Source of the DNA: Octopus vulgaris
Lineage: Eukaryota
DNA length: 64,000 bases
Assembly (NCBI GenBank): GCA_951406725.2
Contig: OX597822.1
Span: 9,176,001 to 9,240,000 of the forward strand
Reading direction: 5' to 3'
Notes under the pieces: model-generated
The model's database searches: none
Seen by the model: only the letters and a program-made list of their open reading frames with translations
Told to the model about the DNA's origin: nothing
In this document: one piece after another, positions 14,372-26,698 of the stretch
Layout: each line of letters begins with the position of its first letter
How positions within the stretch are numbered: the stretch's first letter is position 1
Program-made: the position numbers and the translations under genes

Positions 14372-14713
14372 ATGGGATTTATAGGCATTTAATTCATCGC
14401 TACCCTCGCTTCCGCAAATCACATAACTTTTAGGATGACAGTTTGTATTCTTGGGATGATTACAGCGTAGTCGGAAGTATCCGTGAGCATTTGGTTGGTC
14501 ATCATTGAGTCATTTGACCATACTGGTAAAAAGAGAAAAACATCCCACTGCGCTTCATCCACGAAGAAATGAATCGATGATGGTGATCAACCTGATGCTC
14601 ACAGATACTACGGACTACACTGTAATCATCCCAGGAATATGGAGTGTTGTCTTAGAAGTCATGTGATTCGTGGAAATGTGCGTAGCGATGCATTAAATGT
14701 TTATAAATTCCAT
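14372..14713 (+). repeat. Long imperfect inverted repeat (134-bp arms, 74-nt spacer)
   Basis: 14372-14505 versus the reverse complement of 14580-14713: 106/134 identical, no indels. Confidence 0.9.
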
Positions 14714-14981
14714 CCTAGCATAATTATTGTTGTTGTTGTTGTTATATATATATATCTTGCCCAAATCTAATGACTGAAACAAGTAAAAGGTAAAAGGTAT
14801 ATATACATATGTGTATATGTATATATATATATATATGAGTGTGTTTGTGTGTGTGTATACATATACATATATAAATATATATACATGTGTATAATATATA
14901 TATACATATATATAAATATGTATACATATATGTGTGTGTGTGTGTTTGTGTGTGTATATATATATGAATATATATATATAC

Positions 14982-15027
<46 letters not shown>

Positions 15028-15199
15028 ATGAGCACTTGCATGAATGTGTAGCTAAGATGTCCGCTTCACAACCACATGGTTTCGGGTTCAACCTCGCTGC
15101 GCAACACCTTAGGTGTCATCTTTTCTGGCATATCCTCTATTTTTTATTATATATTTGTTGTTTTTATTTTGTGGTACATTCAAGCTAGGCTGATGAGCA

Positions 15200-15490
15200 A
15201 GTTAAGATTTCGCGATACCAATGAAAAGACTAAAGTCTTAGACTGCCTGGAAAAATCTAGTTACATAAGTTCTTGCAGTTCTTGCAAAGAATGTGCAACA
15301 CCTACAAAATTATCACCAAAAAGCAGATCACGTGTTTGTTCTTTAGATTTTGTCTTTGCATTGAACACATCTCTGCTACTATGGAAGTTACTATTTACTT
15401 CAACATCATCTTCCTCTCCATGTGAAATACTTAAATATCACAAAATCGAAGAGACGGACAAGAATCCGGTGTTGTTTAATTGTTTTTGAA
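15200..15490 (-). pseudogene. Decayed RTE/BovB-like reverse transcriptase fragment
   Basis: Minus-strand translation FNAKTKSKEQTRDLLFGDNFVGVAHSLQELQELM resembles the RTE motif AKTK...RDLLFADD..LVAHS...LQ.LM. Confidence 0.65.
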
Positions 15491-15565
15491 GCACAGCAAC
15501 AATGATAAACTACAGTTGCTATTATATCGTCATAGAACTAGATAGTAGCCTACTCTATTTTATAA

Positions 15566-15843
15566 CTAGCAGTATCGCCCGGCGTTGCTCAGGTTTGTAC
15601 GGGAAATAACTATATAAGCATTTTTAGAGAGTTACCTCCCTTATATAATAGCAAAAAATGCATTAAAAATGGGAAAAAATGATGGTAATTTTTTTTTAAA
15701 TCGTAGACTCATTGTAGACGCGCGCTAATACCCAGAAGGGCTCGATATGAATCACGACTACAATATACCCGCTTTTGGTTACACTGCACCGCAAAATGTG
15801 GGAGTAGTTAGGAATCTAAATCGTAGGAGACAGACACACAACT
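15566..15843 (-). mobile_element. Non-autonomous Helitron, second copy (5' end slightly truncated)
   Basis: Reverse complement of 7555-7918, with the CTAG end and subterminal hairpin. Confidence 0.8.
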
Positions 15844-16426
15844 GATAGAACTTTCATACTCTCTCCCTGGTAACAATCTTGCACGCATTTGTTAGATTTA
15901 TAAAGATCATGAAGCATTCCTTCTAATGCTCTTGAGCTTTCACCCGACTTCGATTACTAGAAAGATCATATTAACTGTCCCGCATCGATCTCGAAAGACA
16001 CGTTGCACTAACATGCATACATAAATACATATATAAACCTATACATAGATGCAAAAGTACATATATACACAAAAAATCATATTTACAAACACATATATGT
16101 GCATGTCTACAAACATGCATGCGTACATACATAACACACATATATAATTGCTATATTGACAGGACGTCATGGGAATTCCAATAACGCAAATGTCAATAAT
16201 CGCAGACATATTCCCTTGGTATTCGATGTAACAATAACACTTGTGATTCAATATGGGCAATTGGATTAATTCCTGTGACCTTTATGTGACTTTTAACAAA
16301 TCACGAGAGAGCTTTCAACAAAGTTAGTACATTTTTGTCAAAGCCAGTATTTGGGGATCGGAGGTTTTACGCATAAACATATGCTTGTACGTACATGTGT
16401 ATTTATGCGTATATATACATATATAC

Positions 16427-16498
<72 letters not shown>

Positions 16499-16507
16499 GT
16501 ACGTGTG

Positions 16508-16546
<39 letters not shown>

Positions 16547-17867
16547 ATGTATAAGTATATATATATATATTTGCGTCGGTGTGTGTCTGTATCTATTTAA
16601 GCGGGTGTTTGCGTTTGACTTTCAATACTTAATAACCGTTGTTGGATTATTTATGTGTTACTCGGGTGTTACTCAGAGGTTCAGCACATACGGTCACATA
16701 AAATAAGATTTATACTGCGGTTGATTTAATCAAATAAGGCCATTGCATGGCGGCAGTCTAATAAATGAGACAACTTAAAGAATAATGTTTTTCTCTCCTT
16801 TAGTTCTTCTGTTTCTATTATTGCACAAGATACATCTTGGCGGTATTACTTACGGTTCTATGTTCTCAGTTCAAGTACCACCGAGAACAACTTTGCCTTC
16901 ATCTTATCTGGGTCAATAAAATAAGTACCAGGCAATGTAATCTGCAACCTCATCACCCGACAAAAATTTGAGGCCTTGTCCCTATAATAGAAAGAGTTAA
17001 TATTTTCTTAACAACTGCTCATTCTCTTTGAATTCAAATAACAACTTAGTCTATCTTTTTGATTTTGTGCTTCCCCCAAATACTGTAAGACTGAAATTCA
17101 GATTTCAGGCGATTAATCAACAAGAATAACTGGAAGCTAGAAATAGCAATAAAGTGTAATCTGAGAACAACTATATATATATGTATGAATGTATATTTCT
17201 TTAAGCTTGGTACGACTCTATAACACTGTCTCTCTCCCCCCTCTCCTACATTTCTCTGGCTTTCACACTTTGCACTCCACTTTGATCTGTCTCTTTCTCG
17301 CTCTCTCTCTCTCTCTCTCTCTCTCCCTCTTCTCCCACTCCTTTGTTCCTTGTTTCCCTTTCTTCTCTCTTCATCTGTCCCTCTCTTCCTCTCTCTTCTC
17401 CTCACATGTGACTGACTGACCGATTGCCGGTCATTTCGTGCTTAGCAGTCGTCGCAGAAAGACACATTTTTTCTCTCTTTGGCCCAAGGCATTTTTCTAA
17501 CGCGCCAACTCAAAGTTTACTCGTCCTGTTTAAAGACGCCTCTCTGTAACGTCCTATTTTTGTTATTATTATTATCATTATTGTTTTTATGTATTTTTGT
17601 ATTCTTATTCGTGTACATCCTCCGTTTTTCCGTCCTTGTTTTGTATACATTCGAGGCTTTCTTCCACGGAATCTAATGCGGTTGGCTTAGATTTTCCTTT
17701 GGGGCTGGCCAGATCGGAGCAATCTCAAGATTAATTAGCCGAAATTGCGAGGATGATCGGGTTCTTGACTGAAGATTGAAGGCTTCGAATGTCCCGTCCG
17801 TGTTTTCTGTATCGTCTTCTAAATGTTTTGCGTTCTTGTCCCAGTTCGTATTTTTGTACATATACAT

Positions 17868-17920
<53 letters not shown>

Positions 17921-17924
17921 CTTG

Positions 17925-18172
17925 ATCACTTTGACCGACCAGTCCGTCAGGTGTCCATTTGACACCGCTGGTCACAGCACGCTGTCCACTCCTCTCTGGA
18001 TCGCGCCTTTCTCATCCACGTGATCCCAATCATCCTCTTGAAATCGTCACTCCACCGTCGTGGAGGTCTTCCGGGTGGTCTTCTCCGCTCACGCGGGTAC
18101 CACCGACAAATGCGTGCGTCCACCGATTATCGGTGAGCCGGGCGACGTGTCCAGCCCATCTATACTTGCTGC
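17925..18172 (-). mobile_element. RTE-like LINE 3' fragment between (TA)n tracts
   Basis: Minus-strand translation KYRWAGHVARLTDNRWT, a typical RTE C-terminal motif. Confidence 0.7.
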
Positions 18173-18174
18173 GA

Positions 18175-18213
<39 letters not shown>

Positions 18214-18216
<3 letters not shown>

Positions 18217-18380
18217 GGAGCTTCTACAGGACTAGAACTGTTTCATTCAAAAGAAATCATGATTTCTTTTGAATGAAACAGTTCTAGTCCTGTAAGCTCC
18301 TTCTATATAATAAATTAATTTACTCTGCTATGTATTGAGTACCTTATTTACTGTGGTTAACCCCGACTCAACCCGGGACC

Positions 18381-18383
<3 letters not shown>
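18214..18383. mobile_element. (TA)n-flanked fold-back mini-element with unpaired tail
   Basis: Near-perfect palindrome 18214-18303 centred on TCA|TGA (18259/18260), followed by an 80-nt tail and (TA)n. Confidence 0.7.
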
Positions 18384-18434
<51 letters not shown>

Positions 18435-19130
18435 TGGATGGATGGAAGTGTGTGTCTTTTATGCATTCATACATTATAGAAGATCGAAAACTAATAAATA
18501 TGCTATCATTTATTTTACAGCAGTACTACACTAACAATACTTTCTGACATTTCAGTTGACAACGCTAGTTCCAAAAAAGTAATTAAACATAAATACCACA
18601 GACTTTTGTATCTTCTGATAAAAACGCTGCTTACTCGGTGTAATTGGTTAAATTTCAAAACACGATCTATTTATACATGCGTATATGTACATTAGCACAT
18701 GTATGAAAGAGAGAGAAAGAGTAAGAGACAGACAGACAGTGTGTGTGTGTATGTGTGTGTGTATGTGTGTGTGTATGTGTGTGTATGTGTGTAAATATCA
18801 GTATGCATGCAAGGGCGCAGAGAGAGAGAGAGAGAAAGTATGTTTCGTTTCAGTTTCACTTTTGTCTTCTACTTAGGTTTATTTCGCTTGTGTGCCTGTC
18901 TATAAGTAAACACGCGCACACACGCATGCGCAAACATACACGCATATAAAACAAAGACACGCGCAACCCCCCCACGTGTAGATACGTATATGTGTATGTG
19001 TGTGTGTCTGTCTGTCTGCATGTGTCCGTGTGTGTGTTAATGTATATGTGTAAATAATTTTATATGTGTGTTAGTGCGTCTCTGTAAATAATTATATATA
19101 TATATATATATATGTTATATATATATATAC

Positions 19131-19193
<63 letters not shown>

Positions 19194-19496
19194 TATACAT
19201 GCATATATATTTTTTATGTACCTATTCATATGTATGTGTGTATTGTGCCAGAGAGCCTAATTGTGTGTTTTTGCGATGTGTGTGTATATATATATATATA
19301 CATACATAGATAATCATATACACTTACTGTTTTGCTGGATATCCTTAAAACATCGGTGATAAAATAATTTCCTCTGATGACGCACTTGCCACAAGCAATA
19401 CGTGGATATTTTAATGGAACTTCGATGCACAGATATTTATCTAATCACAAACATATGTTCATTTGCAATACATCTTTAAAGACTGATACATTTTAA

Positions 19497-19719
<223 letters not shown>

Positions 19720-20002
19720 CGTATGCATTGCATTGAAAACATGATCGTTATCTAGTCATGTTTTTTACCGGATTTCATTGTAGATTTTTCGAGAAATAAA
19801 TATTTCTAAATCCATCATCAAAGTTTCTAGACTCTCATTTTCTCGTCCAACAAATGAAGTGATGTTTGGGCGAATGTTACAGCTTTTATCTGCAAAGTAC
19901 CGAGTATAGGATCAGTGTTGACTTTATGACTGTAATATTGAACTTGACCATTGAACTTAAATGTTAAGACTCAGTTGTTTGCATTTGATTATGTCGAGAT
20001 TT

Positions 20003-20458
20003 GGTGGAAGCACTCCGTCGGTTACGACGACGAGGGTTCCGGTTGATCCGAATCAACGGAACAGCATGCTCGTGAAATTAACGTGTAAGTGACTGAGCAC
20101 TTCACAGACACGTGCACCCTTAACGTAGTTCTCGGGGATATTCCGCGTGACACAGAGAGTGACAAGGCCGGGCCTTTGAAATACAGGTACAACAGAAACA
20201 GGAAGTAAGAGTGAGAGAAAGTTGTGGTGAAAGAGTACAGCAGGGATCACCACCATCCTCTGTCGGAGACTCGTGGAGCTTTAGGTGTTTTCGCTCAATA
20301 AACACTCACAACGCCCGGTCTGGGAATCGAAACCGCGATCCTATAACCGCGAGCCCGCTGCCCTAACCACTGGGCCATTGCGCCTCCACCGTAACGCAGA
20401 CGAAATACCGCTAAGCATTTCGCCCGGCGTGCTAACGTTTCTGCCAGCTCGCCGCCTT
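20003..20458 (-). mobile_element. tRNA-derived SINE (20003-20388) abutting the head of a family B SINE (20390-20458)
   Basis: Minus-strand head GGCGCAATGGCCCAGTGGTTAGGGC...GGTTTCGATTCCC. The adjacent segment matches the family B head. Confidence 0.75.
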
Positions 20459-21289
20459 TATATCGAGAGTATATTGTCTGTATGTCTGTTTCAGCATTCC
20501 GCCGGATTATGAAATCCGGCATATATTATCACATATGCATATCCTTGTGGGGAAGTCTATATATGTGCAGAACTGCTAGATTTCCTATGAAGTGGTAAAG
20601 TTTAGTGTTTTTTCTCTTTATTGTAGGTGCATTGCAAATCGGAAAGGTTGTTGCCGTACATTCATGAACAATATAACAGTTGGAGTCGTAAACATTATAA
20701 ATTTCACTCCAACAATCACACTTCCAAACCAAAGCAGTGATTATCAACAGAATCTTACAACACACAACACAAAATTACATAGGAAAACATTATTGAGCAA
20801 CGCATCTATACTCGTCAGAATATCCTACATAAATAAACGAGCAATACTAACAACACTAAACTCTGTAAAAATAAATGTTCAATACCACATAGACTAGTTA
20901 CAAAAATTATTATACTCCTGAGAGATTATCTTGATATCTAACAATCAAAATTATTCAAATAGCACCAGTAATATGTACACTAATCACATCAGCCCCGACT
21001 GTAATTAAGCAGCATCACACTTCAAAGTTCCCTTCTTTTGACGATGAGAATTTGAAGGTCTAAACGCAGAGATTAAATACAATATTATTCCAAACAAATC
21101 GCGAGAAAATGGTGGAAAGGCAAGAAGAAATTTCGATTAAGAAAAGGAAAAATCATCGCGTTTTCAGTTTAAATGAAAATCTGTTCCTCTTGTCTAAAAA
21201 TATAAAACTGCAGAATAAAAAGACAAAAACGAAAAATCTACCACGCATTCTAGAATCCATTGATCAAAAACAAATAGCATAGCAATTCA

Positions 21290-21370
<81 letters not shown>

Positions 21371-21657
21371 TTCTTTGATAATATTATCAAAGAATATATA
21401 TAAGTATTGCAACTTTTTGTGCCCAATATTTAATGAACTTTTTTATATTTTCCCAAGATTTTCCCTTGTAAACTGCTTTTAACATTTTCTTATTATTATC
21501 AAAGAATGTATATATGCATTGTAATATTTTGTGACAACCAGTACCTGACACAACAAAGCTTTTTCTAAAAAGTAAATAAACATCTTTTAAAATTGCATTT
21601 TCAAACCTTCTTTCATATATAATTCTACTCGTGCGGTACCTTACAACTTCACTTTGT

Positions 21658-21689
<32 letters not shown>

Positions 21690-22024
21690 TCATAAGGACA
21701 GATTAAGTTGTCTAACTGCTAGAAATAAGAGTTAAAACCTTATTTGGACCACCAAAACATTCAAACATTTTCACTGGAAACAACAGATTCAACAGGATAC
21801 TAGCAGATAGAAAAATCTCTCACATACCAATATAGCATAAAGCTATATGTTTAATGGTTCAGGTATATATGAGGACCGGTTCCTGTTTCGATACAAAGAT
21901 CTTATCTGCTTCAGCACATTTTAAGCCTTTGAAATAATATCCGAATCTGCCACGTTGAAATCTGCTGACGTCCATAATTGCTTAGCGCCAAAATGCGGAC
22001 AGCCTCAGAGTGAAAAGTACTAAT

Positions 22025-22562
22025 CAGCGGCAAAATATTCAGAAACGAATATTTATGAGATATTAATATTGCTATTATTATCGAATGCAATATAAATAGT
22101 TGATAATAACAGAAACATTAATATAGGTGGTTGCAGACCTAACAAATGGCTGGCGTATTTTTTTGTTGATCTTACCATTATGGAACAGTACATTATGTAT
22201 ATGTGTTTGTGTGTGTGTGTGTTTGTGCGTGAGGCTGCGTGGGTGCGTGCGCGCGTATGTGTGCGTGTGTGTGCATCCATCTATCAAACTATCTGCATAT
22301 ATTCAAAAATCGTTATTGCAACAATGTCGCTGGCTTCAAGAAAATCAATAACGGTCCAAATAAGAGTTTTGACTCTTATTTCTTGCGGATAGACTCTTTA
22401 AAGTGTCCTTAAGATTAATATAATTTTAATTCTTTAGCTATATAATTCTATTTTTTAGGCCTGCACCCACCTATATTAATGTTGCTGTTATTAAATATTT
22501 ATATTGCCTTCGATAATAATATTAATATCTTATAAATATTCGCTTCTGAATATTTTGTTGCT
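22025..22562. mobile_element. Fold-back/MITE-like element with about 110-bp terminal inverted repeats
   Basis: 22025-22145 (GCAAAATATTCAGAA...TATAGGTGGTTGCAGACCTAA) is the imperfect reverse complement of 22453-22562. Confidence 0.7.
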
Positions 22563-22987
22563 TTATATATATGTGTATGTACTTATGTGCTTGCTTGTGT
22601 GTGTGTGTGTGTATGTGTGTGTGGATTCAATACATAGGAGCTACTAATAGTTTCATATGATGAGAAATACGTCAAATATATAATCATCAGGCACAAATAA
22701 CATATCAGTTGCTTTTGAACAGTCAGGTGTCAATTTATATGTATACATATTAACAATAGAATAGATAGGCACTTTATGGAAGAAAAACTTATTACATGGA
22801 GGGGAAAATAGGTTTACTTTAAATCAGAACCTAACAGTAAGGATATACTACAAAGTACTAAAATCCAGCCTTGCTACCAATAACATTCGACAGTCATACA
22901 AACGTTGAAGCAAATTTTAATCAATACGACCGATATAAACGTTGGCACAACGATTATATTGGCCGTAAAGATACAACAGTCACCAAC

Positions 22988-23368
22988 CTTACCTACTTGT
23001 ACTTGTGGCGACATTCACCCTGGGCGGGTTGAGTCGGCTTCTTCTACCATCCTCGAGGCATCTCGAACCATGGCAGCCCACGCACGACGGTCCTGCGCCA
23101 GTTCACTGGAGATAACGAGCCAGTCACGGTTCCATCGGCGCAGGCCGACCACCTACGGTCCCGTGAGCAAGGAGAGGTCCTCCTTGATCGTCGTAACCCA
23201 GGTCTTCAGCTGTCCGCCCGCGCGTTTCTGCCAGTTGGGAAATGGAGTTGGGAGAAGGACATCACGGCTCAGTTCACCCGCCAGACGCCTACATGCATGG
23301 CCAAACCACCGCAAGCGCCGTTGCAGAAGGACAGATGGAAGGGGCCGCAGAGACAATCACCAACCGGC
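22988..23368 (-). mobile_element. RTE-clade LINE 3' end
   Basis: Translation QRRLRWFGHACRR...KRAGGQLKTW...LAQDRRAWAAMVRDA, with a short tandem tail CAAGTACAAGTAGGTAAGGT. Confidence 0.8.
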
Positions 23369-23870
23369 TCAATATAACTAAAGGAGTCAGCTGACATGGA
23401 ACAAACTATGTAACACAAAACGAAATTACACAAGAAAGCATTTGTAGACAATACATATATACGATATGGAGTTTAAAACATAAAACAGATTAATAATAAC
23501 AGAAGCAACACTCATAATTCAATGCAAAGCTTAAATAAACACAGAGGCTGTATATTCTAGTTATAAATAAAATAGCCATCACACAGATGACGTATATAAT
23601 CTGTCGATGAAAATTCAAATTCCAGTGGAAATATCTACAGATTAATGTTAGATTATCGAATCTTACAGTCCCAAAACAAAATGCAAAGAACATAGAGAAA
23701 ATTATTAAAAATACGCGTTAAAAAAGATAAAATTAGATAAAATTACACTGATGTCTTTATGTCTAACAGAAAATCTGTTTACCATTTCTGTGTGTGTGTA
23801 TGTGTGAGTGTGTGTAAGAGTAAGTGAGTGAGGAAAAGAAAGTGGGAACATATCTGTATGCGTGTGCGTG

Positions 23871-23914
<44 letters not shown>

Positions 23915-24229
23915 TAAGTGAGTGAGGAAAAGAAAGTGGGAAGATATCTGTATGCGTGTGCGTGGGTGTGTGTGTGAATATGACCATATGGATTTGTCTA
24001 TTTGTCCTGCTTGTTTATTACCGTGTGTTTGCTTAAGTCATAATCTGAGTAAAGGACATAAAATGTATAGATGTGTGTGTGTGTGTGTGTGTAATTGCAC
24101 ACTTTGTCAACATTTTCCTAGTAAAAGATGAACATATTCGGTACAAAACATTATTGAGTAATCCTGCAATTTAAATTGTCTTTCAAGATAACTTGTCATA
24201 TTAAATATATATATATAGATATATATATA

Positions 24230-24630
<401 letters not shown>

Positions 24631-24834
24631 TACATACATACATACATATTGATAGATATATACGTATATATATATATATATATATATATAACATACATAC
24701 ATACATACATACATACATACAGAGAGAAAGAGAAGGAAGCATATATATACATACACAGGTATGTATTGATAATTATATTTTTGTCTATAAATGTATACAC
24801 ATGCGTAAGTGTGTGTGTGTGTCTATGTGTATGC

Positions 24835-24885
<51 letters not shown>

Positions 24886-25255
24886 TGTGTGTGAGTGTGT
24901 GAGTGTGTGCGAGAAAAAGAGAAGAGAGAGTAAGAGCCCGAATGCAAGAGTGAGAGCGAAAGCGAAAGGAAAGAACGCATGCGCAAACATTCTAAACTCC
25001 AACGTGTTAAGATTAATTGAAATTATCTGGAGGCATTGTTTTGAACATGAAAATACGTTAACTAACAAGCAGCCTGTTATCTATAAATACGGCTTTCACA
25101 TTAGAAAATGTTCAGATGGCAGAATCTTACAACATGCTGCTATTTTCTTTTATTTTGTTGTTTGTTTCTTCCTCTATTGATTTTTGAAATTGCAAAGCAC
25201 ATATACTGTCAACTGTGTATTTAGCTGTTAATAATAATAATAATCCCCCAAATGC

Positions 25256-26503
25256 ATGATTTTACTCGGAAGAAGTGAGTATCTATGTACTTACCTTCGT
25301 CAAAACAAGAGAGGTTCGTTGCAGTTACCAATAGCATCAATAGTCGAAATATATAAGTTGGGGAAGATACGGACGGTCATGATGCTGAGAGAATCGAAGG
25401 ATATGGAAATCAAGCGTAACCCACCAGAGGTGAAAACAGCCAGGAAGTGGAAAGCAGAAGCAGAAACTGACAACATCTTGTCTTCTCTTACACACAGAGA
25501 TATGGTGGGAGCAACGCAGAACCATCGGAAAGGATTTGGTTTTGGCGCGGATCAGTTCAGACCGTTTGCATGCATGATGCCGTGTGAACGCAGATCTGTT
25601 GTTAGCAACAGCGTCAAAACAAGAGAAGCAGAGAGAAGAGAGCTTCATTTGATCCGATGTGTTCATCAAGGTCAGATGACGAGATGGGAAGAACATGTTG
25701 TTGAGAGGAAGATAAGTTGGGATGAGATGTGGAAGTGGACAACATCTCGGCTGAGTTTCCTGATTCGTTCATCTTATGATGTTTTGCCATCACCTACGAA
25801 TCTAGTAAGATGGAACGTCTTAGAGAATGACGTCTGCAAATGTGGAAAAGTCGGTACACTAAAACATATTCTTTCCAACTGTTCGTTAGCATTGAACAGG
25901 TACACATGGAGGCACAACTTGGTCCTTAAGGTTATCTTCAATGCTATAAAGAATCAAATTCATCTCAACAACACTGAGGAAAAATCGTTAAAAGTACCAT
26001 CAAGAGAGTTCATTACCTTCGTGCGACCAGGTCAGCAGATCCGTTTCAAGAAGAAGACCAAGAAACTTCCTGAGAAAAATGAAAAGTGGAACGACTATTG
26101 GGAGGTAACTGCAGATTTACCTGGGTGCCAGGTTTTCTTTCCCATCCCAGTTTCGAAAAAACCAGATATTTTGATGTGGTGTGAAAGAAAGAAAGTTTTA
26201 AATATAGTCGAGCTAACGGTTCCTCATGAAGATAATATGGACGCCGCTCGAGCTCGAAAATTAAACCGTTATGAAAACCTCCTCGAGGAATATGAAGACG
26301 CAGGCTGGAAAGCGGAACATTTTCCTATCGAAGTCGGATGTAGAGGGTTTGTAGGACACAGCGTGAGACGACTGTTGTTATCGTTAGGCCTAACTCATCG
26401 TAAAGTCAATACCACCATGACTGATATCCAATCTACAGTGGAGAAGGCTAGCCACTGGATTTGGTTAAAAAGAGACAATGAGCGATGGCTAGAAGTATAT
26501 TGA
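25256..26503 (+). CDS. C-terminal part of a Hero-like retrotransposon protein (post-RT linker, CCHC knuckle, PD-(D/E)xK restriction-like endonuclease)
   Basis: Motifs ERKISWDEMW, RLSFLIRSSYDVLPSP.NL.RW, CKCGKVGTLKHILSNC, YTWRHN, KPD, ELTVPHE, K..RY, PIEVGCRGF, EKASHWIWLKR. The RT core is absent. Confidence 0.88.
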   Translation: MILLGRSEYLCTYLRQNKRGSLQLPIASIVEIYKLGKIRTVMMLRESKDMEIKRNPPEVKTARKWKAEAETDNILSSLTHRDMVGATQNHRKGFGFGADQFRPFACMMPCERRSVVSNSVKTREAERRELHLIRCVHQGQMTRWEEHVVERKISWDEMWKWTTSRLSFLIRSSYDVLPSPTNLVRWNVLENDVCKCGKVGTLKHILSNCSLALNRYTWRHNLVLKVIFNAIKNQIHLNNTEEKSLKVPSREFITFVRPGQQIRFKKKTKKLPEKNEKWNDYWEVTADLPGCQVFFPIPVSKKPDILMWCERKKVLNIVELTVPHEDNMDAARARKLNRYENLLEEYEDAGWKAEHFPIEVGCRGFVGHSVRRLLLSLGLTHRKVNTTMTDIQSTVEKASHWIWLKRDNERWLEVY

Positions 26504-26523
26504 GTTCATCATAACCAGCTGAT

Positions 26524-26634
26524 CTAGCAAGCGGGGCCTCATATCAGTGAGGGGGCCGGTGCGCATTGATGCCGTCGAGAGGTAGGCCCCGAAACGGCGC
26601 GCATTCTCTCCTGATGACCCCATACACTTGCTAG
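26524..26634 (+). ncRNA. Candidate non-circularly permuted (pseudoknotted) hammerhead ribozyme
   Basis: GCCG-UC-GAGAG (26571-26581), GGCCCC-GAAA-CGGC (26585-26598) and CUCUC-CUGAUGA (26606-26617). Stems I and III are fully complementary and adjoin consensus core nucleotides. Enclosed by CUAGCAAG/CUUGCUAG. Confidence 0.75.
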
Positions 26635-26698
26635 CTTCCGATATACGGAGCTTTTAACTGGTAGCACTTGCATGTGCAAGTTGTTTGCAAGATATTTT

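Larger units (their letters stand above)
25245..26696 (+). mobile_element. 5'-truncated Hero-like (RLE-encoding) non-LTR retrotransposon with structured 3' UTR
   Basis: Uninterrupted 415-aa ORF followed by about 190 nt of GC-rich, highly self-complementary UTR. Preceded by a short (TAA)n run. Confidence 0.85.

Noticed and set aside
17720-17795. CTGAAGA and GAAA motifs in a GC-richer repeat-like block (17400-17860)
   Set aside because: Could not assemble consistent stems I-III around the cores.
19374-19410. CTGATGA motif
   Set aside because: No matching GAAA/UH strands or helices nearby.
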